NCBI GenBank assembly: GCA_950097015.1 | Contig: CATNEN010000008.1 | Span: 4,278,001-4,342,000, forward strand | Direction: 5' to 3' | Source of the DNA: Macrostomum hystrix | Lineage: Eukaryota > Animalia > Platyhelminthes | DNA length: 64,000 bases | Part shown: in pieces, positions 1-9,700 of the stretch | How the letters are laid out: every line of letters begins with the position of its first letter | Position numbering within the stretch: the stretch's first letter is position 1 | Notes under the pieces: generated by a model | What the model was told of the DNA's origin: nothing | What the model saw: the letters and a program-made list of their open reading frames with translations, nothing else | The model's database searches: none | Translations under genes and position numbers: made by a program

Positions 1-13
1 GCTCAGGGCTCCG

Positions 14-790
14 CTAAGAGCGGCTGTCAGCGGCAGCAGCTCCAGCTGTTGAGTCGACTGCTGCGGCTTTTTTTGAAGCGTCGCGGATTGCTGATGGCAT
101 CTTCTGACTGGCTGACACGTCTTCGGCGGCTGCGTTGGCGCTCGCGATGGCAGAGGCTGTATTTGAGCAGGGGTGCCTAAAAGAGTTTGAATTGAAGTGT
201 ATTGCGCAACCTTCAGTTATAGAAATGACAGCTTCTAGTAGCGCAAGAATACTTCTGAAATGTTCATCGGATTTCCGCCGTGGTTCGAGCACGAATCGCC
301 CGCCGCCTCCTTGGAAGCTGCCGCTGTCGGATCGCAGCTCCCAGCTCCTCTGCAGCCGGTGCGGCAGCTCGTCTGGCGACAATCGCCGACGCATCGGCGC
401 CGTCTCCTGGCGCTGCCGAAGGCGCCGACGCCGTGGGGTCGCCGGCTCGGGCTCCTCAATGGCGAGGTCGAATTGGCAACCGACGTCCTCGTCGCATTCG
501 TCCTCGCCTTTGCAATCGCCGCAGGCCTCGCGTTCATCGGCCATGGCGGCTACGGCGAGCCGAATAATTTCAGCGGCGGTTGCGCGCTCGCCGACCCGCA
601 GATCGACGCTACGGCGATGCGATGATGCGGCGAAGTGAACACGAATGACGAATTGACCGTCGCTTTCGACATCACCCTCGCTGTCGCCATTGTCTACCAA
701 AGCTCTGGCATCTTCTGAATTGAAATTCTGGCTTCTCCTGCGGCAGAGCACCAGACGACTATTGCGACCGACAGTCAGAAGGTTTGCCAC
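14..790 (-). CDS. PLCE1: PLC-epsilon terminal exon (end of RA1 plus RA2 domain)
   Basis: Acceptor ttcag|GTG at 790. [35 protein letters not shown]...RRLSPDELP...W...GRFVLEPR fits a Ras-association fold. An AT-rich stretch at about 175-265 may be an additional intron, so the stop at 14 is tentative. Confidence 0.75.
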   Translation of the reverse strand: MANLLTVGRNSRLVLCRRRSQNFNSEDARALVDNGDSEGDVESDGQFVIRVHFAASSHRRSVDLRVGERATAAEIIRLAVAAMADEREACGDCKGEDECDEDVGCQFDLAIEEPEPATPRRRRLRQRQETAPMRRRLSPDELPHRLQRSWELRSDSGSFQGGGGRFVLEPRRKSDEHFRSILALLEAVISITEGCAIHFNSNSFRHPCSNTASAIASANAAAEDVSASQKMPSAIRDASKKAAAVDSTAGAAAADSRS

Positions 791-3700
791 CTGAATTGTT
801 TTTTTACGAGCGTATTATAAAAATCTAGAAAATTTCTCGCTAAAGAAATGCAGACGGACGGACTTACCGGTTCGTTAAGACTGCAGAGTCGCGTCGAGCC
901 ATGGCCCTCGATGTTCGACTCCTCCATCAGCGCCCAGCCGCTCAAGCTGGGCCGACGTTGGTCGTCCCGGCTGCGACTTTGCTGTCGACCAGGACGTCTC
1001 TGTTGCAGCAGTTTGGTCAGAAGGTCGGCTACCAGACTGCCAGCAGGGAGGCGAATATTTACAACACGCTGCCGCTCAGATTTGTCCTCGCCATTGTCCT
1101 CGCCATTGTCCTCGCCGTTATCATTTGTCTGGGCATCCTCGCCGTATTCAACATTTTCATCGACGTCACTTTTGTCAGCGTCCTCATCGAGGGGACAGTG
1201 CACCGCGGCCATCAGCTGCTGATGATCGGGCAGAGTCTCAGACTCAGCAGCAAATCTCTGGCGATGGCTCCTGGCTGCAGCTCGACTGTGGCTGCCGCAG
1301 TCTCCCTGAGTCTGTTGATTATTAGTAGTGTGCGCAGGTTTATGACTCTACCAGGTGTGAAATGTACTTTAGGCGCAAATTTATACATCAGTCTTTAAAT
1401 TACTTGAAAGGCCAGGCGCCTTCGCGCACTGTCTGAAAATGACGAGCCGGCAGGTGTGAATTTTATCATAGGCTCGTTATTGATCCGGTTTGAAGCGGTT
1501 TCAGGTGCCTCTTCCGCGGCCGAGGCGGCGGCACGATCAAAAGAGACGCCGCCACTGCCGATTGATGTGGCCGCCGGAGTCGAGACGCGATCAAAGGAAG
1601 AGGCGCCGCCACCGCCGCCGCCGACTGATGTTGCCGCCACCGCCGCCGCCTCAGTGTCGACCCGCGTGAAAAGCAGCAAAGTTGGCAGCTCCAGCGGCTG
1701 GTTGGACATGCTGCGCAATCTCAGGTGTCGATAGCCTACAGTTCCCAGGTGACAAAGAGACGAGAAGTCAGAATTGATTGCACTAAACTCCTGAAGCTAT
1801 TTAAGTAATTACTCACCGCTCTGCAGCTCCTTGAATAGCAATGTCCGCTGCATCAGGCTGTGCCCGCTGCCGATCTCCACAACGGTGAAACGAATAAATG
1901 CCAATTCGGGAAAATGAAGCTGAAATTTATTTGATAGAATATGCTTTTCACCTACTTTCAGTAGGATAACTCAGGTTTTATAGGATATTTCGCTGTCAAC
2001 GCGAGCCTCACCCTAAACCGGAAGGTGTCCAACCAGATGGGGTTCAGCGCGTTGCGCCCGCTCAGCCTGGTCTTGAACTTGTCGCAGTCCTGCGGCAGGC
2101 CAATGATCTCCAGGTCCACTGTCAAGCAGCTGCCAGTGTTGCTGAGGCACAAAAACTGACCAGAAACTATCTGCGTTGGCGGCGGATGATGGTGGGTGAA
2201 GTTGGATGAAGGTGGATGAAGGTGGATGAAGGTGGATGAAGGTGGATGAAGGTGGATGAAGGTGGATGAAGTTGGATGAAGGTGGATGAAGGTGGATGAA
2301 GGTGGATGAAGGTGGATGAAGGTGGATGAAGGTGGATGAAGGTGGATGAAGGTGGATGAAGGTGGATGAAGGTGGACGAAGGTGGATGAAGTTGGATGAA
2401 GGTGGATGAAGGTGGATGAAGGTGGATGAAGGTGGATGAACTTTTCTGCACTTACCTGCAACGTGACAAAGACCGTCGGGATGCCCTCAAAGTCTTTATC
2501 CAGCGGATTGAACTTGGCGTGCGTCGGATGCAGCCTGTTCCACATCACCTCCGGTTTGAGCACAAAGCCGCAGTTGCCAGTCGACTCAAACAGAGCCTGG
2601 TTGAGAATAAGTCCCGCGTCCTCCGTCTGGTAGTTGAGCGCCACCATCTGCGTGCCGAAGCACCAGAAGCCGACGGGGTTCGGGTTGCTGCTGTCGATGC
2701 GCATTCCGGCGGGGTAGACTCGCTGCAGCTGCCGCTCAGTGCAGGCCACGTTCGCTGCCGGCAGCCGGCGGAACACCTGCTTGGCCGTTGTCTCTTTGAT
2801 TGATGTCACCTGGAAAGATGGTGTTCATAGGCCTTGAATCATCAGGAAAACCAAGCGTCACTCCCAAAGCCTCCTCACCTGATGAGCAACAGGTGTAGCG
2901 GCGAATCGAGCCGATCTGGACCCAGTCGACGGCGATCCTTCCACGGTCGCCGTCGCCGCAGCCGTCGCAGCCACGGCGGCCGCCGTCTCAGCCGAGTGGC
3001 CGGTGAGCAGAATCGCCCGCCGGATCGTCGGCTTCTTAGCCGGCCGGCCCGTTGTCGGACTGGCAGTTGAGGCGGCGAAGGTTGAGACGGCGGCTGCTGC
3101 AGCTGCGGCAGCTGCCGCAGCAGTTGAAGCTCGATACTTGACGGCCTGCGTGTACACAACCAGGTCTGAGAGCTCCTTGGCGATCTGATTCGAAGCCAGG
3201 GTGGACGAGTTCAGCCGGTGCGCGTTGAGTCGTTTCGGCGTGCTCCGCGGCGTCGCAGTGGCATCCAAACTTGACTCGCGCTTGGTGAAGCCGCCGCCGC
3301 CGCCCAGGCTGCCGTTATTCACATCGTCTGGCGGTTCGCAACAGTCGAATTCTTCATCGTCGTCATCGAATGCTGCTGCCGCAGCCGCTGCCGCCGCCGC
3401 AGAAGCAGCATCGATGTCTGCCGCATCGGAGCTCTGGTTGCGCAGCAGCAGGGCCTGTCGCCGACCACCTCCGCCGCCGCCGCCGCTGCCGACAGTCATC
3501 TCAACCGGTGCAAGCTTCTTGTTCTTGATGAGGATGCGACCGCGCAGCTGGTTCGGCGTCGGCAGGTAGGGCTCCTCGTCGTGATCCGACTCGAATAGCG
3601 GCCGGGTGACCAGACGGTCGCCGAAGATGCGCTGAAAGATGGCGGCCATGCGCTGCTGCTGCGGCAAGGAGCAGTGGTTCTCGATGCTCAGAATCAGCGG

Positions 3701-6700
3701 CATCGGCGACTTGGCGAATGCAAACTGGTTGATGGCCTCGACGGCGCTCTCAAATGGGATCTTGCTGGTGAGGGTCATGCCGTGGTAGATTACCGGCGCC
3801 CCGTTCTCGCCGTCGTGACAGTCCAGCTCGATGCAGCGGCAGCCAGTGAGCAGCACCTGACGGTACATGTCTACCGAGGACTCACCCTTGAGTTGGTGAC
3901 CGCACAGGTAGGTATTGTGCGAGCTGGCAATGAAATAATGCGACAGCGGGTGGTCCATGGAGGCAGGCCCGTCCCGGTCCCACCTGTTGGTCTCAACGGG
4001 GGCTGCCAGATTGCCCGGGTCTAACATGAAAGCGCAGAAGCCGTCAAAGCTGAGCAGACCGCGAGAGCGCAGCTCCCAGCTCGGCTCGAAGGTGGCAATC
4101 ACCTGAGCTGGCAGTTTCTGAAGCTGCTGTCTAAGAGGCTGCTGAAGCTCCAAGAAGCTGGCCAGCTCGCGGTGACTCATCAGAATCGGCGCCCGACCGT
4201 CGAGGTGACCGGCTGACGTTGAATTAGTCGACAAGCTGGACAGAGCGATGCTGTTGCAGACTCGATGTCGACCGCCGGCGCTGCCGCCAACACGGAACAG
4301 GCGTCGGTGACAGCTGGGTTGACAGCGGCTAGTCGGGTCATCAGCTGGATGATAATTTAAATTCGTCACTAAGGCGACAATCCAATTAAGAGCAGTCGAA
4401 AATCAAGAGCCAGAAACTGACTTGTTTGAGATCCAATCAGAGAAGAGCAATCCGTATATAGACAAAATAAATGAGCCAGCCAGAATAGAGCAAGACAAAG
4501 AGAAAATAGGAGAGCCAATCAGAGGAGACTGAAGTAACACGGAGTTAGAAGTAACAGAGGAGTTAAATGAGCCAATCAGAAAAGTGCCAGATGCAGAGGA
4601 AATGAATGAGCCAATCAGAAAAGTGCCAGATGCAGAGGAAATGAATGAGCCAATCAGAAAAGTGCGAGATGCAGAGGAAATGAATGAGCCAATCAGAAAA
4701 GTGCGAGATGCAGAGGAAATGAATGAGCCAATCAGAAAAGTGCGAGATGCAGAGGAAATGAATGAGCCAATCAGAAAAGTGCGAGATGCAGAGGAAATGA
4801 ATGAGCCAATCAGAAAAGTGCGAGATGCAGAGGAAATGAATGAGCCAATCAGAAAAGTGCGAGATGCAGAGGAAATGAATGAGCAATCAGAAAAGTGCGA
4901 GATGCAGAGGAAATGAATGAGCCAATCAGAAAAGTGCGAGATGCAGAGGAAATGAATGAGCCAATCAGAAAAGTGCGAGATGCAGAGGAAATGAATGAGC
5001 AATCAGAAAAGTGCGAGATGCAGAGGAAATGAATGAGCCAATCAGAAAGTGCCAGATGCAGAGGAAACGAATGAGCCAATCAGAAAAGTGCGAGATGCAG
5101 AGGAAATGAATGAGCCAATCAGAAAGTGCCAGATGCAGAGGAAACGAATGAGCCAATCAGAGATTCTATCGTGCTCACCGAAGCGCATACCTGGCCCGAC
5201 AACGACCGGGAAGTCCCTGGTTCGAGTCGATGAATTCGCAGCCGCTGATGCCGCAGCCGCTGACGCCGCAGCCGCGATCGGAGCGGCGACGCCGAATATT
5301 TCAAAAATATCCCGCAAATCTCGACGCATTCGTAGGGCGAAGGCGGCAAAGAGTTCGCAGAAGTCCGTGAAGGACAGCCGACTGCCCGGCTGGCTGATGT
5401 CCTGCCGCACTGGGTTGCGGACGCGCTGGTATCTCTTCGAGGTGCTGGAAGCCGCTGGAGAGGTCGCAGTGCCACTGGCTGCAGCGGCTGCGGCGGCAGC
5501 AGCGAATGTTGACGGCCGACAGTCGTGCCGTGCATCGCCTTGTCGGCACGATGCCGCGTCGGAAATCGACGTCCTAACGGCAGCGACAGGCTGATCCTCT
5601 GAGCAGGTGCCTGTTGCCATGGATGCTGGTAAGGACACAGCTGTGGCGGCTGCTCGTTTCTTGAGAACACCGCGTCTGCAGCCGCCGACTACTGGCGTTG
5701 GCGAAGACAAGGGAGATACTGGTACGACAGCTGTAGAGGCAGCAGCTGACGATGGCGATGGGGGTGTTGCGTTGTTACCGCCACCACCGCTTACTGACCA
5801 GCGTCTTCCTCCGAAGAGCTAAAATTTCGTTGATTTGAAATATAGTTTCAGATATTTTCGACCTAGACTCTGAATAGCTGGCTTTTGAGGCTCATGCTTT
5901 ACTCCTATTGGCTAGATCTTCTAACCTCATGCTTTACTTCTATTGGCTAGCTCTTCTAACCTCACGCTTTACTTCTATTGGCTAGCTCTTCTAACCTCAC
6001 GCTTTACTTCTATTGGCTAGCTCTTCTAACCTCACGCTTTACTTCTATTGGCTGGCTCTTTTAGCTTCTTGCTGCTGATTTAGATACTAAATTAGTTCTT
6101 GACTCTGACTGTCTGGCTCTCTTTTAGCCTATATCAACATTTCACTCAGACAAGTCCCAGAAAGTATCTCCCCAAAAGCGTAACGGCACCAGTTCAGCTC
6201 ACCCGCACGCATTCGGCAAGCGCCGGCGCTCTCGCAGTCTCGCCAGAGTAGAACAGGCGGAGGTATTCGTGCCGCAGCCAGTGGCTGCGTCTATCTGGAC
6301 TCAATGCGAACATCTGATTGGCTGCCCGGGCCAGCCTGTGCAGACCAATCAGCAATAGCCGCGAGCTGCTGTACGGCAGCAGTAGCTTTAGTATGCGATT
6401 GTCTGTGCAGCCGCTGCCATAGAGAAGGCTGACAATACAGCAATGTTCTGGCGCGGTTGCTAACGCAGTCGCTGAGTTAGCCGAAGCCGAAACAGCCGAT
6501 GACGCCGACGAAGAAGCCTCCGATGACGAGCCCGAAGATGCGGCCGCCGCAGCGGAAGCGGAACTACCGACATCCGTTTGAAGTCGCAGAGCTGTAGCGC
6601 CAGACAATGCGGGATCGCCGCAGATCACTGCCTTGACGCAGAACAGATCAATGTAGCCTTCCTCGCCATTGTCGGAGTAGAGCGCTGATGTGCTGTAGCG

Positions 6701-9700
6701 GGAGCTTACCAGCTGCCGGAAGGCCTGCTCCTCTAGGCAACGATTCGATGTCACCACACGGGTCCACATCAGCAACGAGTTTGTGGGAGCCAATCGGATG
6801 CTTACCTGTCAGTGTGCGCGCAAGTTTTTTAAGTCTTTTATGCATCCACCCCATTCAACTTCACTCTACATTTGATGATTGTCTATGCTGATTGGCTGCA
6901 CTCACCCGTCCGTCCCCCTATTCCACTTTTCAACCGTTCGACGCTGATTGTCTGTCTAAAAATAGATCACGCTCTGAAAAATTCAATTGTGCTTGATTTT
7001 ACACTCTTCTTGCACCCACCTCACTCCACAACCGACCAATCAGAACTCGTCTATCCACTTAGTAACATTGGTGCTCTCCCACACAGCCACTCACGAGTCT
7101 CTGTGACGGGTCCAGGGCGCTGGTTGGCCAGCGGTCGCCGCCAGTGTGCCTGACCCCGGTCAGTCCGTGCCTCATCAGTGCCAGGGATCTGGCATCGAGG
7201 CCGGCCCGACAGCGGGCAATCATTCGGATGTCGTGCTCAGTCCAGCTGGCGAAGCCTTCGTCGGTTAGCGGGCCGAGGCCGCGCAGCAGCGGCTCGGAGG
7301 TTTCGCAGGTCAGCGCGCAGCCACCGCAGTCGCAGGCACCGATGCCGCCGCCGCCGCCGCCGCCGCCAACAACGCCGCCGATGCTCCCGACGCCGTGAGC
7401 ACCGCCGCTACCTCCAGCTGCATCTTCGCCAGGACTATCACCACTGCTCGAGTCAGCGAGGCTGAATCACGGCAAATGGTTTCGATTTTATTTAATTAAA
7501 AAAGATATAAAACCCAGTTTAACACTACTAATGTGCGAGTAGTAGCGACAGAGCTGTAGTGTGCCAAGTACTTTAAATTACCGACTGCTATAAGTCTCAT
7601 TTTTAAGCTCCTATCTAATTCTCATATGTTTTTTTATGAATAAGGTCCTTCTGCGTTTCTAGGTTTCTGCACACTGCTCAAATATTCACTGCTCACAGCT
7701 CCCAGCTCGCTACTCACGCGTCAACCGCCTCGCCAGTGTCGCAGTCGACCAGGCCGCTGCCGCAACCGACTCCGGCGACGCGTCTGCCGCCCGGACGTCG
7801 ACTCGACGACGCCGCGGCGTCCCGCAGGCCGCAGCGCTGCGCAAATTTCACGTCGCTCATCACCACAACAGCGTCGCGCAGTTTTCGAAGATTCGCCAGC
7901 CCCCCGGCGCAGATCTGAGTCGAGTAGGTCGACTGGAACGATGAATCGTCGTTATCTGACAGCGTTGGAGTCGGCGGCGTCAGCGTAGCCGGCGTCAGCA
8001 CCGTCAGGGCCGGGCAGCGAGTGTACACGCTGCGTAGCTGTCGCAGGAAGGCTCCGAAGAAAGGCACCGCCTTGACGCCGCCGGCCGACATGATGGCAGC
8101 AGCGTGGCTGCGGAACTGCGGGGAGGGTTCGCGCCGGAGCAGGCAGTCGCCCAGGTAATCCAGCTGGCGCAGTGGACCCTGGCAGTTCGCGAGGGTCAGC
8201 CAGAATGGCTTCAGCTTGTCCGACCTGCGGTCCAGACAGAAAATTTTCTATTTTCTTGACTTTTGAATCGAATGAGGCTCATAATAATGTTAATAATAAT
8301 CATTGCAGGAGGACTCCGGGCAGTGGCACAGCATTTGGTGACACTAGACCCGCAGCCAGCGAGAAGGCAATTCTGTCCATTTCGCTGACTCCTGAGCACA
8401 CACGCACACAGATACCGTACACAGGAACACGCTCACACAGGTGTGTACATCTGCCCTGACTTTCTCATCGTCAGGCAGTGTACACTTTCGCTGTGCCTTG
8501 GAGGTTGGCCCTCAAGGGCGTACATTGCACGACAAGCCCCCAAGCCTTCTCTCCGCGGCTGCACCCCAAATAAATGTGGCCTCGCCGCGGAATCGAGCTC
8601 AGGGACCTTGGTGCGAGAGGCGAACGCGTCAACCGCTCTGCCACCCCCCCAATGAGGCTCATACTTTGGACAAAAATTCTACAGCAATGTGTAATGCGTA
8701 AAATCTAAAACAAACATCTCAAAACTCTGGCTGACAATCGGTTGACATTTTGAATCCTTAAACTCCCTACTTCTTGAAATCCCAAAATACTCACAATGTT
8801 ACCTTGTCAGTATTCTCAGATAGGAAGTGCTGCAATAGATTAAAAAACTGGAAAACAGGAAGTGATTTTGTGTCTCTCGCCTTTCAATTAGTGTACCAAG
8901 CTTCCTTTATTCAGACCAGTGCTAGTGACGGCCGATTAAATTACTGATTAATTGTTTTTTAGTCAAATTTCACTCTCTTTAAAAAAAACGAAACCTTGTC
9001 TATAGGCACAAATTTAGATTAGGCATACACAGGGCAAAACACAATATCACGTGGGGTGTATAGATGAAGTAGATATCAAATTACACACACACACACAAGA
9101 CTCACTTGAGTCCGACCAGGATTTCCACTGATGTGCTGAAATTTCCTAGCCGAAAAGCCGTCACAGCCAGTCTCACTATGGAATTAAATAGAGACAGTCG
9201 CTCCTCGTGGGCCGGCTGAGTAATGATGAGGTGCGTGATCCATGAGCTCACCTGCGTTGGTTGAGTTGAGTTCGCGAGAGTTGCACACTGAATGAAGCGG
9301 TCTAACGCGCTTGCCTCTCGCAACGAGGTCCCTGAGCTCGATTCCGCGGCGAGGCCACATTTATTTTGATTTTGACAGTAGAAAAGGACCACGGTTTTCG
9401 AATAACCACAATTTTCTTTTTTTCTGCATCTCCTAAAATATTCAAACATTTCAACCAACCAATGAACGCCCAAGCCTTCTATCCGTAGCTGCGCCCCAAA
9501 TGAATGCGGCCTCGCTGTGGAATCGAGCTCAGGGACCTCGGTGCGAGAGGCAAGTGGAAAGTACAGAAGAAGCTGTGATTTTATTCGAGAAAGCATTACC
9601 TCACGCAGTCGAACAATCAAATCCTTGACAGTTTTGTCGCTGGGCCCGCCGCCCAGGCTAGTTTTGGTTGTGTCAAAAGCGACACTGCGAAGGTAAGCCT

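Noticed and set aside
8455-8480. Hammerhead ribozyme core (CTGACGA...GAAA on the SINE sense strand)
   Set aside because: Only TGA separates the two conserved boxes (no stem II), I found no NUH cleavage triplet with a pairing stem III, and the bases are better explained by a simple hairpin.
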